IMG/VR virus record: IMGVR_UViG_3300033143_003628
Coordinates: 1 to 55,307 of that record
From: a virus
Lineage: Duplodnaviria > Caudoviricetes
Length of the DNA stretch: 55,307 nucleotides
Strand: one strand, 5' to 3'
How positions within the stretch are numbered: position 1 is the stretch's first letter; every line of letters starts with the position of its first letter. This document shows positions 35,710-45,571 of this stretch, piece after piece. The position numbers and the translations under genes are program-made. Under the pieces are notes generated by a model, which saw only the letters and a list, made by a program, of their open reading frames with translations, ran no database searches and had not been told where the DNA came from.

Positions 35710-36435
35710 TCAATTATCCGCTTTTAAATTCGATGACGCCACAGTTGCCGTTATCGGTGGAGTTCCGAACGCCGCTAACCAAGCAGTTTTTAAAGCCGCA
35801 CCGCCATCTTTGGGAAGCACTACCCAACCTGAACTAAATACAGTATGTACAGCGGCTATAAAGTCATCTACCTTTTTCGCCATCGCTACAAAATCATCTG
35901 ACACAGCTGCACCCGCCGAAGTAATCTCTACCGTACCGGCGTCTTTAATGTGTATCTGTACACCTTTTTCTTTTCCAAAAACCGCGTCACTATTGATCAC
36001 ATCCCTAAGTTTTTTAGAGTGCGGATTCCAGCCAGGTTCACAAATCGCATCTGCAATATCATGACTTCTCAAATCTATCGGATTAATCGGCACCGTTCCG
36101 GCACCCGACATATATTTATCTATCGAACGATCACAGAATTTCAATGTCACAAGGTCACCCGGTTTTAGTGGAAAGGTTATAAAAAACCCGCCGCCCCTGG
36201 GGAACTGCACCGGAACCTTTGGCATAACTTCCAACTCTACCGTTTCCACTTCACCTTCAATCGTTATCACATCTCGCATTATCAAAGGCCGCACATCTGC
36301 AACCTGGTCGGCACTATTGTACTTCTCTATTTTACCTGGCAGACAAACAAATGCTTCCGCAACCTCTTGTGAAGCAACCGCTTCTAACAATTCTTCCAGA
36401 CTTGGCGTTCTGCTCTGTCCTAATCTTCTAACCAT
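35710..36435 (-). CDS. baseplate spike (Gp138-like N-terminal domain)
   Basis: PG.I..Y...Q.A.V.P, VPV.FPRGGGF.ITFPL.PGD, R.HD..DA. Confidence 0.85.
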   Translation of the reverse strand: MVRRLGQSRTPSLEELLEAVASQEVAEAFVCLPGKIEKYNSADQVADVRPLIMRDVITIEGEVETVELEVMPKVPVQFPRGGGFFITFPLKPGDLVTLKFCDRSIDKYMSGAGTVPINPIDLRSHDIADAICEPGWNPHSKKLRDVINSDAVFGKEKGVQIHIKDAGTVEITSAGAAVSDDFVAMAKKVDDFIAAVHTVFSSGWVVLPKDGGAALKTAWLAAFGTPPITATVASSNLKADN

Positions 36436-37279
36436 CTACCGGTTTCCCTTCAATAGTAGTATACCAATCCTGCGCCCAAGTGTCTCCGGTATGTGCCACT
36501 TTTGTACACTTGAAAAATCCGTCTACCATACGCGATTCGACTTTCACTTTTCGGCCCCCGCGAATTCCGCCGCGCAGCAGAGACTTTGCAGTGACTACCC
36601 CTTTTTCACCGACTTCCGGCGATCCTATTAAACCGGACGTGCGGCTTAATACTATCGCCTGTTCTTGCGTAGTTTCGTCCGGCCCCAGTACTTGAATTTG
36701 TCCGTCCTGTATCGACCACTGATAACCTGAACTCGCAAGATACTTATCTAAAATTTTTGCGGACTGTCCGTTAACAACTACACCTTCAGAAAAAGAACGG
36801 AACCCGGTACGCAGTGCACCCGCCGCCAGCTTCTTTGTTAAGTTACCGAGCCCTATTCCTAGTGAACCTGCCACATCTGATAACAATGTATTTATCGAAG
36901 TGTTAGCACCATAGGACTTTTTAAAGCGCTTTTGTGACACCGCCTTTTCGCCGTCACCAGATTCTATCGTCGAGATCCAATTGACCCCTTCCATGCGATG
37001 ATCAATAAAAGAAATGTCACCGGTATAAATTTGCTGTATCTCGTCCACATATCCCGCTTCAATAACTAACGGCCATTTCTTTTGTAAAAGTTTCCGATGT
37101 GACTCATTCAAATTCCAAACTTTTAAAGTAGCTTTATTCGGCGCACTATTGTCATCCCCTTCAACATCGAACTGACAACGTAAAGTTTCTTTTGCTTCGT
37201 CGCTTAAACTATCTGGTCGAGCTTTTATTAAAACCGTTCCAACCGTGAAAGAAAAATCCCTGTTGTAAAGTTCACTCAT
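36428..37279 (-). CDS. baseplate hub protein
   Basis: PN.A.LKVWNL, EAGY, WSIQDG, GLIGSP, H.GDT...W. Confidence 0.85.
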   Translation of the reverse strand: MSELYNRDFSFTVGTVLIKARPDSLSDEAKETLRCQFDVEGDDNSAPNKATLKVWNLNESHRKLLQKKWPLVIEAGYVDEIQQIYTGDISFIDHRMEGVNWISTIESGDGEKAVSQKRFKKSYGANTSINTLLSDVAGSLGIGLGNLTKKLAAGALRTGFRSFSEGVVVNGQSAKILDKYLASSGYQWSIQDGQIQVLGPDETTQEQAIVLSRTSGLIGSPEVGEKGVVTAKSLLRGGIRGGRKVKVESRMVDGFFKCTKVAHTGDTWAQDWYTTIEGKPVDG

Positions 37280-37614
37280 GTTGCTAATTCCGCTTCGTCC
37301 ATATAAGACAATTCTACATTGACACCTAAGTCCTCTTCACCAGGATCTGCAGGCAGCTCTCTTGTGTCAACAAACGAAATCATTCCTGGCGGCTGCGTTC
37401 GTTCGGCCAGTAGTCGTAACACCGGAAAATTGCTTACAACTTTTATCCCGCTTTTCACATGTGTTCCTTCGCTATCTAAAATATCAAAATACCAAAAACC
37501 TTCGCGGTCATTGTACTGAAAATCAAAGCGGTAATCTTCACCATCTAAATCAACAGTGAAATAAAATGCCTGGTCAGTCGATGCGTTCGCAATCGGTATT
37601 ATATAAACAGCCAT
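37276..37614 (-). CDS. small baseplate protein
   Basis: F.V.LDG..Y.F.F.YN.R...W; synteny. Confidence 0.75.
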   Translation of the reverse strand: MAVYIIPIANASTDQAFYFTVDLDGEDYRFDFQYNDREGFWYFDILDSEGTHVKSGIKVVSNFPVLRLLAERTQPPGMISFVDTRELPADPGEEDLGVNVELSYMDEAELAT

Positions 37615-38219
37615 TAGAAACCTAAAAACTTTCCTATCCCATCAACACCCTTACTTAAAATAGATTTACTTTTTTTATCTTCCGATGCCGGTTTCTTATC
37701 TTTCTTTCCTTTATCTTTCGCTTTGTTGTTCGCTTTTGTGACAGGAGTTGGCAGAGCTGTCACAAGTGTTTTTACAATCAAAACCTCTTGCATAACCAAG
37801 GTGCAATCTAAAACATTCCCTGTCTCAGCATTACGCACGACACTAATGTTTTTAATCGCCATACTTTCATAGGTCCGCAAACTTGTCACAACCGTTACTA
37901 ATTCACCAGTTTTTTGGATTTCTTGTAACTTGTCATATGCCGCAGCGACTCTATCATCAGCTTTTACATTATCAGTTGTGACAGGAGACTTGGCAAACTG
38001 ACTTGCTAAATAAACTAAAGGTGTATTTGTTACACGGCCATTTAAAGAAAAAGTGATCGGTAGCTTCCTAATATGATCCGTAATTTCGCCGCCGTCTTCG
38101 ATAGGATGGTTTGTTATATCCGCTTCGTCTTCGTGGTTCTCAGAGATAGAAGCGTCAAGCTGAACGACACCAATCTTCGCTCGGACCTTTTCACCAAATA
38201 TGAGTTCTGTTAATGCCAT
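37614..38219 (-). CDS. Dit-like tube initiator / baseplate protein
   Basis: LDA...E.H......T.HPIE.G..ITDH; follows the tape measure gene. Confidence 0.8.
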   Translation of the reverse strand: MALTELIFGEKVRAKIGVVQLDASISENHEDEADITNHPIEDGGEITDHIRKLPITFSLNGRVTNTPLVYLASQFAKSPVTTDNVKADDRVAAAYDKLQEIQKTGELVTVVTSLRTYESMAIKNISVVRNAETGNVLDCTLVMQEVLIVKTLVTALPTPVTKANNKAKDKGKKDKKPASEDKKSKSILSKGVDGIGKFLGF

Positions 38220-38224
38220 ATTTG

Positions 38225-39880
38225 TTACCCTGGCGAAGCCGCCGCCTTTGCCGGAATTATTCGCTTCATCGCATTGCGCCGATCCCTAGCATTTACTTTG
38301 TCAGCTTCCTTGCCTATCTCAACCGCGAGCTTCTTTTCGTCCATGTCAGGAGTCGCCTTCACCTCTATCTTAGTATTATTAACAGGAGCGTACACAGCAG
38401 GTCCGCCAGCGCCCGCAGGAGCAGTCGCCTTTTGCCCAGTACCCGCTTCTGCTCGCATCGCCCCTAGAGCCCGTGAAGCGGCTGCTGCTTTAGCTACATT
38501 TTTACGCACTCTCTTATCCTGCTCAGATGTTCTTAGATCTTCTCCGCCGTGAATGTCGCGAGTCTTCCCTGTAAAAAGATTTTTAACAATTCCAAATGTG
38601 TCTTTTAATGCTTTAGCAATAGGTCCAATAAAATAACTTATGAACCCTTCAATAGCATCGTCCCATAATTCATCAAAGAAAATTAAAAGCTCTTTACCAA
38701 AGGTGTGAAAAGCACCTATTAAATCCGCGACTGCATCAACAGGATCTTCACTTAACTTTTGAAACCATTTAATAATATCTTTTATGTATTCACTTATTGG
38801 CAGTCCAGTCAACTCGTCCAGAGTTTCAAACAGTTTACCAAATACAGAATCCCCGCCTTCGACCCAGGTAATCAAGTCTTCAACTACTAAAATAATCAGC
38901 GCTGCTAAAATCAAAAACAAACCAAGCGGTGAAGCTAAAAATAAAAGCACTCTGCCTAATGCCGCAGCCGCTTTGCTCCAAGTTAAAAACATCAAAATAA
39001 CTAAACCGATTTTTGCAAACAAAGGTAAATTAGCTAAAAACTTTCCGGCACCCACAATCAATTTAAAAAGTATTTCTAAAAATCGACCCATACTATCGAT
39101 GGCACCTTCGTTACTTTTGAGCCAATTACCTAACGAATCAATTCCCTTTTCTAATAGTGGCAGAAATCGCAAACCGAACCTGGTTGCAATGTCACGAATA
39201 GTACCACTTAATCGTTTCGACGCATTTGCCCAACCTTCAGAAGTCTTCGCTGCGTCACCATGCGCTTTCTCTGTTTGATCTAAAATGAAATTGTAACGTA
39301 GTGCAGTCTTCTCTGCGATAGACATAGATTTAATATTTTTATTAATACCTTGACTAAGTGCAAAAGCTTTTAAAGTTGCTTCTGTTAAAATAACTCCGAA
39401 CCGTTTCATCGGTTCAGCTTCACCAGAAATAGCCGAACGTAAGGCAATCAATACATCAGGTTCAGCTGTGTCAAAAAAGCTTCCTAAATCCACCGCAAGT
39501 TCTGCAAACCGTGTACCCATCTCCGATGCTGCTAACGCATTTTTACCCATCAAAGGATTTAGCACGGCACCTAATGTCGCAGCCATCTCACGCATTGCAA
39601 ATTCAGATCGACCCGCCTCGTCCGAAAAAGATTTTGCCCAATCTAAAACCGTTTGTTGATTTTCTTCAAAAGCCGCATCGAGAACATTTAAAGTTTCATT
39701 TGCCGAACTTGCAAAATTAACAATCTTACGCACGCCCGCAAACGCAGCCCAGAGACCGAACACCGAGCCCGCGAATTCAACAACTTTTCTTTTAGCTTTA
39801 GTTAAAAGTGAATCGGCTTTTTTAAAACTGGAACTATCAGTTTTAACTCCGAGCAGGGCAACTAGTTCTCGAACGACCAT
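38225..39880 (-). CDS. tape measure protein
   Basis: Ala-rich helical protein with a hydrophobic centre; DL.SF, SGE.EP.KRFG; synteny. Confidence 0.85.
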   Translation of the reverse strand: MVVRELVALLGVKTDSSSFKKADSLLTKAKRKVVEFAGSVFGLWAAFAGVRKIVNFASSANETLNVLDAAFEENQQTVLDWAKSFSDEAGRSEFAMREMAATLGAVLNPLMGKNALAASEMGTRFAELAVDLGSFFDTAEPDVLIALRSAISGEAEPMKRFGVILTEATLKAFALSQGINKNIKSMSIAEKTALRYNFILDQTEKAHGDAAKTSEGWANASKRLSGTIRDIATRFGLRFLPLLEKGIDSLGNWLKSNEGAIDSMGRFLEILFKLIVGAGKFLANLPLFAKIGLVILMFLTWSKAAAALGRVLLFLASPLGLFLILAALIILVVEDLITWVEGGDSVFGKLFETLDELTGLPISEYIKDIIKWFQKLSEDPVDAVADLIGAFHTFGKELLIFFDELWDDAIEGFISYFIGPIAKALKDTFGIVKNLFTGKTRDIHGGEDLRTSEQDKRVRKNVAKAAAASRALGAMRAEAGTGQKATAPAGAGGPAVYAPVNNTKIEVKATPDMDEKKLAVEIGKEADKVNARDRRNAMKRIIPAKAAASPG

Positions 39881-39892
39881 TAAGACTCCAAT

Positions 39893-40138
39893 TTATTGCG
39901 GTGGCGTCTTGGCCGATTTATGTTCTAACTCCTCTTTAACATCTAAAGCGTCATGGGCATCGAACACATCGACCAGATCATAATATGTTTCAATCTCTTT
40001 TAGAGTCGCCACATTATTGACAACTAAACGCCAAATCAACCAACTCAAGTGCTCTGGGATTTCAACACTGACTTGTTCTGTTGCCGGGGAATTAGACTGC
40101 TTCCGCCTTCTATCAAGGCGCTCAAGGACTTTCCCCAC
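39893..40138 (-). CDS. tail assembly chaperone, frameshift extension (gpGT-like)
   Basis: In the -1 frame relative to the upstream chaperone, entered at GGGAAAG. Confidence 0.75.
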   Translation of the reverse strand: MGKVLERLDRRRKQSNSPATEQVSVEIPEHLSWLIWRLVVNNVATLKEIETYYDLVDVFDAHDALDVKEELEHKSAKTPPQ

Positions 40139-40539
40139 TGCACACTAATCCCAAAAGCCACCCACTTGTACATCTTATCTAGTTCGCCCATGAAGTGCAC
40201 ATCGAATACACCGGCACCGTCGAGCTGTCCTACATCTTTCACAAGTGTGACCTTTTTAAAAGTGTTCATAACATTATTAAACACTTCTTTTTCTAAGCTC
40301 TGCAGAAATCCACCTATCACATCAGTAAAAAAATCTTTGGGAATTTCAAGATCTTCCAAATTAAAATTAGATACATCTACATTATCACTACCCAGTATTG
40401 CATCTAATCCTTTACCAATGGATGGCCCGGACATCTTCAAAACATCAATCAGGAGATCGTTACTTAACATCGGCGGCAACATATACATAGTGTATTCATG
40501 CTCGCCAATGATCTTCGTAACTCCATCTTGTTGTGACAT
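40045..40539 (-). CDS. tail assembly chaperone (gpG-like)
   Basis: Lies between the tube and tape measure genes. Confidence 0.8.
   Translation of the reverse strand: MSQQDGVTKIIGEHEYTMYMLPPMLSNDLLIDVLKMSGPSIGKGLDAILGSDNVDVSNFNLEDLEIPKDFFTDVIGGFLQSLEKEVFNNVMNTFKKVTLVKDVGQLDGAGVFDVHFMGELDKMYKWVAFGISVQWGKSLSALIEGGSSLIPRQQNKSVLKSQST
40129..40135 (-). other. -1 ribosomal frameshift site G-GGA-AAG
   Basis: Heptamer correctly phased in the chaperone ORF (TGG GGA AAG); identical to the lambda G/T slippery sequence. Confidence 0.8.
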
Positions 40540-40968
40540 TTAGTTTCCTCCTACATTTGAAATCATTACATCTGTTTCAAATACCCACTCTCTTGTGCTC
40601 GGTTCTTGTGCGAACTCGGACGGCGCTGGTTTCACTATCCAAGCGTTTTCTGCAGAGTGCAAAGATGTACCCGACGCATCTTTTACAAGCATCGGTGCAA
40701 CTCCATCACCCGCAGGACTGTTCACATCGGCGTTATGAAACCCCGAAAGTATTGTGTTGGAAAGACTCGATTGCATCAAAGTCACTGTTACACGTGCACT
40801 TCTATTATTGGATTTCGCTCGGCAAGCATCACCAGCCGCACCGACACTTAATGAAAAAGAATCTTCATTGTATTCGACGTTCACAAATGTGCCGGGAGCA
40901 AATCCAGTAATAAGATGTCCACTGAAAACAGTAGCAACCTGTTTGGGATCATATGTGCCTAAAGTCAT
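40540..40968 (-). CDS. tail tube protein (DUF3277-like)
   Basis: TYDPK.V.....G..ITGF, VGA.G, L.Q.S.SN, REW.F. Confidence 0.88.
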   Translation of the reverse strand: MTLGTYDPKQVATVFSGHLITGFAPGTFVNVEYNEDSFSLSVGAAGDACRAKSNNRSARVTVTLMQSSLSNTILSGFHNADVNSPAGDGVAPMLVKDASGTSLHSAENAWIVKPAPSEFAQEPSTREWVFETDVMISNVGGN

Positions 40969-40980
40969 TCTGTTTCCTCC

Positions 40981-42306
40981 TTATACGCTCACATAACCTT
41001 GAATTCCGGTTTTGTGTACTGCTCCCGCGAGCTGCGCGGTAAATTCAATCCCTGGAAAATACCTTGCCGCTCTGTTTACTACAGATTGATCTGCTACCTT
41101 CGGAACCGTAACAGTCGGTGCAGGATCTGCACGATAGAGATCATTTGTGACACCTTCTTGCAGAACTCCGCGAATATCGTTTTCGAGAACTCCCGCGCCG
41201 GTATCGGTGTAAGGAATTTTCTTCGCATTTATCAGCGAAGCGTAAATCCTTTCCTGAATCCTGGTCTGTGTCCAATCGATTCCGCGTGTCACATCGATGA
41301 ACTCACCTGACGAAACGACACCATATTGAAACATCGGCAAACCGCGCTTATTGAGATATACGTTACAAGCCTTATCTTCCAATGTGCTCAATTCAGTTGT
41401 AGTCATGTTAGTAGTCGAAACACCCGATGCACTTTTGAACATCCAGGTAATCGAGCCAGGATCTTGTGGAAGTTGCCCACCGGCCCAGCCTGCGGCCGGA
41501 TACTCGGTAAGAGCTTTAGGACTATACACTAAGAAAGTACGGTCGTAGCCGAGCGTCTGCAGTGCCGACGCGAGATCGTCCGAAACTCCACTATCATAAA
41601 TTTCGTCATCCGCGCTGGACGTGCCCATCATTTTGACAAGAGTTTCGATGTAAACCGCCGCAGCTTTCACCGGCAGAGCGCCGATGTTTGTAAGGTGCAA
41701 CGAATACCAATCGTCATTCAGCAATTGAACCGCCGTAATATCTGCAACAATTCCTGGTGCCCCGTCCGGCGTGGTGTTCTCTTGTACCAAAATATCGCGC
41801 TCGGCAGTTTCGAGTCTGAACTGGTCCGCAATCGCAACAGATTCAATATCGATGTCCGTTGTGTTATCCGTAACAACTACATTTTGTGACAGAGCATCAA
41901 TTGCAATTTTCAATCCGGCAGTAACTTCTGCAGCTGTTGCAGTTGCATCCGTAGTGAATGTAGCATCGAGACCGTTGACTGTTACGGTGTAGTCCCAAAG
42001 ATTTTTAAGAGTAGCAACTACAGGTGTGACAACGATCTTTTGTTTTTCCGTATTCGCTTCCCGACCTACCACTACCCTGACAGGTTTTGGATTTTGTGAA
42101 AGCAGAGCGCCAACACACCTAACCGCAGGATCGGTAGACGAAAAACCATCTACAATCATATCTGTCACAGAAGTGTACTCTCGATACTTATCCACATAGT
42201 TTGTGTGATACGCCATAACAAGCGGAATTCCAAACCCGACTTGAGTGGGCGCAGCAGCGGATTTTGTAATCGTTATGACTACAATGCTGTCTAAATCAGT
42301 TGACAT
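40981..42306 (-). CDS. tail sheath protein (DUF3383-like)
   Basis: V.ITI....A....GFG.PL, PGSITW.FK, GEFID..RG.DW, KIPYTD.G, AGA.H. Confidence 0.9.
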   Translation of the reverse strand: MSTDLDSIVVITITKSAAAPTQVGFGIPLVMAYHTNYVDKYREYTSVTDMIVDGFSSTDPAVRCVGALLSQNPKPVRVVVGREANTEKQKIVVTPVVATLKNLWDYTVTVNGLDATFTTDATATAAEVTAGLKIAIDALSQNVVVTDNTTDIDIESVAIADQFRLETAERDILVQENTTPDGAPGIVADITAVQLLNDDWYSLHLTNIGALPVKAAAVYIETLVKMMGTSSADDEIYDSGVSDDLASALQTLGYDRTFLVYSPKALTEYPAAGWAGGQLPQDPGSITWMFKSASGVSTTNMTTTELSTLEDKACNVYLNKRGLPMFQYGVVSSGEFIDVTRGIDWTQTRIQERIYASLINAKKIPYTDTGAGVLENDIRGVLQEGVTNDLYRADPAPTVTVPKVADQSVVNRAARYFPGIEFTAQLAGAVHKTGIQGYVSV

Positions 42307-42318
42307 ATTTTTTCCTCC

Positions 42319-42903
42319 TTAAATACCAGTCACATCAAAGTCAACACCGATTCCATTAGGTATTGCCGGTGATGAAATTCCAACCTTGTTTATGTATCCT
42401 ATATAATCCGCCGAGTTCAAACTTGCACCGAAACGCACATCTAAATTTGCTCTCGAATCAAATTCGTTTTCTACCAATTGACTTAAGTCTTGCGGAGTTT
42501 CTGCCCCTATTACCGATACCGCAGATGCCCTCAATAATTCTAAAGGGTTCGGTTGTGACAAAGAAGCATCTGCTCTAAGAATGTAATCCATCGCATCTAC
42601 ATCAGGATTAGAAGCATCCGGTTGTCCTACGTATACCTGACAAGAAATAGTTATCGAGCAAGGGACACAGACGACCACTTCTATTTCTTTACCTAAAGCC
42701 CTGGCAGCATCGTAGTTATTTCTTTCTTCCCATTGCGGTGCCGCTTGAACCGGTCCGGCAATTCGCAAAAGCGAACCATAAGGACGTTTCGGTTGCGGAG
42801 CAGATTGCTTGCGCCAGATAGCTTGTAACCCTGTTGCAGCTACAAACCAGGTATGAACAGCATTTTCAAATGCTCGCATATCTATGGGTGAACTAGTTGT
42901 CAC
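42319..42903 (-). CDS. tail terminator / neck protein
   Basis: Synteny; W..Q.APQP..PY motif. Confidence 0.65.
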   Translation of the reverse strand: MTTSSPIDMRAFENAVHTWFVAATGLQAIWRKQSAPQPKRPYGSLLRIAGPVQAAPQWEERNNYDAARALGKEIEVVVCVPCSITISCQVYVGQPDASNPDVDAMDYILRADASLSQPNPLELLRASAVSVIGAETPQDLSQLVENEFDSRANLDVRFGASLNSADYIGYINKVGISSPAIPNGIGVDFDVTGI

Positions 42904-43271
42904 GGATTTGCCTTTATCGCAATATACTTATAATGCTCGCCATCTTCAGACCAATCTTCTTCACTCTCCAGCTCCCATTCGTCACCTTTGTGAACTATGC
43001 GATCTGGTTGTGTTGAATTATCGACTGAAGATATTTGCAATTGAGTATCGGTATAAATTTTAATAGCACCTTTGGTGCGTCTACCTTCTTCAACTCTAAT
43101 CAAGTCTTTTTCTTTTGCTACCTGAACAGAAGCATCAATAAAAACACTTTTTCTGGGGGCACCTTCCCACCGTCCGTGCTCGTCATAAGCTCCTCCACCT
43201 ACTTGACGCAAAATTTCCCTTCGATCAGAAAAGGTAGGAACTACAGTGGCTATGTCAAAAAGATCGATCAC
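42900..43271 (-). CDS. head closure (stopper) protein
   Basis: G.YD..G.W, ASVQ, EG.R; synteny. Confidence 0.7.
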   Translation of the reverse strand: MIDLFDIATVVPTFSDRREILRQVGGGAYDEHGRWEGAPRKSVFIDASVQVAKEKDLIRVEEGRRTKGAIKIYTDTQLQISSVDNSTQPDRIVHKGDEWELESEEDWSEDGEHYKYIAIKANP

Positions 43272-43801
43272 TGAATACCTCTTTTAACCCCTGGATGCTT
43301 AACATACTCTGCCGAAAGTGAATTCACAAGCTGTCCTGTTGCCCATAACGGAACAGAGCTAAATCCGCCCCCACCTGCTCGACCTCTTTTAGTCGCTTCT
43401 TTTAATTCAGGCGAAAGACCACTCTTGACTTTATTTATAATGTCCATTCGGTATTGCTCACCAAGTAACAAAAGTAACCCTTCAATATTTTCATCATCAA
43501 AAAAACGAGCGCTGATAAGTGTCATCTCTTGATCATATTTAGGTAAATTTTCATCGAAAGTTGAACGCATAAACGAACGCTCGGGCGGATTTTTCTTTCC
43601 CTTAAGCAGTCCTGCACTACCTCCGAACTCATGAAATAAAGCTAATTCCGCATTGGTTCTTGCACCATGATTAGGATCTATAGTAGCTGCTTCAGATCCC
43701 TGCACACCGACAGAAGTGGCTTCACCATCTTTGCCTTTTAATACTGCATTTTGAAATATTCGCTTCCAACCGCGATCTTTTACTATGAAATTCTTGGCCA
43801 T
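43268..43801 (-). CDS. neck / tail completion protein
   Basis: A..HEFG...PERSFMRST, PL..TGQL..S. Confidence 0.75.
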   Translation of the reverse strand: MAKNFIVKDRGWKRIFQNAVLKGKDGEATSVGVQGSEAATIDPNHGARTNAELALFHEFGGSAGLLKGKKNPPERSFMRSTFDENLPKYDQEMTLISARFFDDENIEGLLLLLGEQYRMDIINKVKSGLSPELKEATKRGRAGGGGFSSVPLWATGQLVNSLSAEYVKHPGVKRGIQ

Positions 43802-43803
43802 GG

Positions 43804-44202
43804 CTATGACCTGTCTGCGTCCGAAGGACCACCTTCAATATCATTCATGCCAACTGTAAACGATTGGTCTCTATCACCACCGAAACTAGGCATAACAAGT
43901 GAAGCGGCTGCAATAGTAAGTTTATATGGATCTAATTCGTCAGCACGCGCTGAATATTTAGTTGCTATTGTGTCGCCACTTTTGTACACATCTCCCACAC
44001 TAACAGTACCGACACGACTATACCTGGCAGCTAACGAACGCAGAACAAGGGCGGCAGCTAGGATGTTTGACGACTGATTTGCAACGGCATAGTTGATCTC
44101 TTCGTCTAGAATGAGACCTTCTTTTTCGCAGGTGTCACCCGTTAAAAACCTGACTTCATCTTTATCACTTGAAGCCGGATTGCCTGAATATGACCATGTC
44201 AC
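43804..44202 (-). CDS. head-tail adaptor
   Basis: W.YSG.P.....D.VRFL.GDT......DEEI. Confidence 0.75.
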   Translation of the reverse strand: MTWSYSGNPASSDKDEVRFLTGDTCEKEGLILDEEINYAVANQSSNILAAALVLRSLAARYSRVGTVSVGDVYKSGDTIATKYSARADELDPYKLTIAAASLVMPSFGGDRDQSFTVGMNDIEGGPSDADRS

Positions 44203-44591
44203 CTAAAACTCCGCTTTGCCGGAAGTTTTTTCTTTGACTTGGGTTTTTTCTTTGGCTTGGGTTTGGGTTTAGATTTGGGTTCTATTGTGTCAGCCTTGGA
44301 AAACCTAAATGGTTTCATCTCGGGAATTTCTTTTTTGACTTCAACTTTTTCTACAAGAGCAAATGGAACTTCAGGTTCGGATATAATCTCAGGTGCAACT
44401 TCAGGTGCAACTTCAGATACAACTTCAGGTACAAGTGTGTCAGATTCATCCTTCTCTTCAATAAAACCCTGGCGCTCATGAGCAGCGCAATTCGGCCAAG
44501 TTGCAGCTTCCGGCACCGGATCGCCCGGTGCCAGCTGCACGTTCTGACCATTCCTATTGACCTTCATGGCCTTTTTACAAAACCATCCCAT
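44199..44591 (-). CDS. hypothetical protein with EVAP repeats and basic PK tail
   Basis: Follows the major capsid gene; low complexity. Confidence 0.6.
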   Translation of the reverse strand: MGWFCKKAMKVNRNGQNVQLAPGDPVPEAATWPNCAAHERQGFIEEKDESDTLVPEVVSEVAPEVAPEIISEPEVPFALVEKVEVKKEIPEMKPFRFSKADTIEPKSKPKPKPKKKPKSKKKLPAKRSFR

Positions 44592-44594
44592 AAC

Positions 44595-45557
44595 TTAAGA
44601 AATAACGCCGTTAAAGAACGCACCCATGTCAGTGGCTACAACCTTCTGGTCATAAGCCGTTTCGCCTTCTACCCTGTCGCTTTTAATCTGCGGAATACGA
44701 AACCGTGAAACCCTGGTTCCATTTCCACCGGCACCCAGGTATCCGGACCATGAAAAAGTGTATCCGGCAGTGGGGAGCAGAAGTGACGGACGCGGAGCCG
44801 AGTAACAGAGCAGACAGTTTTTGCCAAACACGAAATCCATAGAAGCCGCAGCACCTTCACCAGCGGTGTCTTCTACCGCACCGGCGATCATGACACGATC
44901 GATCCCTAGCACAGAAGCCAGCAGATCTGTGTTTACCATCTTGCGCTGTGTCACCGAAATTCGATCCAGGAAATCCGCATTGTCTTGCAAAACACCCCAA
45001 ACCTCTTCGCCCAGTACCCATGTATTGGGTTTAAATCCGGTCAACTTCTTCATCTCAGTTATCTGCGCTCTGGTGTCCTTGATAGGAACAGAACCAGCGA
45101 CATCCCACAGAACGCCAGGTACAATATCTGTTCCAGTAGTTGTACCAGTCCACAGACCGGTTTTGAAATATCTTGTGGCCCAATCTTTTTCACGCCGCAG
45201 CAACATTCCGCGAGTAACAAACTCAGTCGCATCCCTATCCATATTAAGGGGTGCATCTGTGTTCGCTCTTAGCTGGTCGTCGATGTCCTTGTGAAGCGCT
45301 TTGACTTCACAATTATAACTTTCACTGCCCAGCGTGTATCCACTACCAGCGGACTCTTGAGACAATCCACGTGGCTGCGCATCGGTACGAAACCATTGTT
45401 TCTTGTCATAGGTGAAATATGAATCGGACTGCTTTGCTACCGGAAGATTCGGGAACACTTTGTCCGATATGAATTCGTTTTGGTCCTGTAAATACGCAAT
45501 CGAAATGTTCGTCAACGGCGCATTGATATGGACGTCACTTGGTGTAGGTTGAGGCAT
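44595..45557 (-). CDS. major capsid protein
   Basis: H...PLTNISIAY.Q, FP..PV.KQ, P.AGYTF.W; synteny. Confidence 0.88.
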   Translation of the reverse strand: MPQPTPSDVHINAPLTNISIAYLQDQNEFISDKVFPNLPVAKQSDSYFTYDKKQWFRTDAQPRGLSQESAGSGYTLGSESYNCEVKALHKDIDDQLRANTDAPLNMDRDATEFVTRGMLLRREKDWATRYFKTGLWTGTTTGTDIVPGVLWDVAGSVPIKDTRAQITEMKKLTGFKPNTWVLGEEVWGVLQDNADFLDRISVTQRKMVNTDLLASVLGIDRVMIAGAVEDTAGEGAAASMDFVFGKNCLLCYSAPRPSLLLPTAGYTFSWSGYLGAGGNGTRVSRFRIPQIKSDRVEGETAYDQKVVATDMGAFFNGVIS

Positions 45558-45571
45558 CTTTCATTCTCCTT

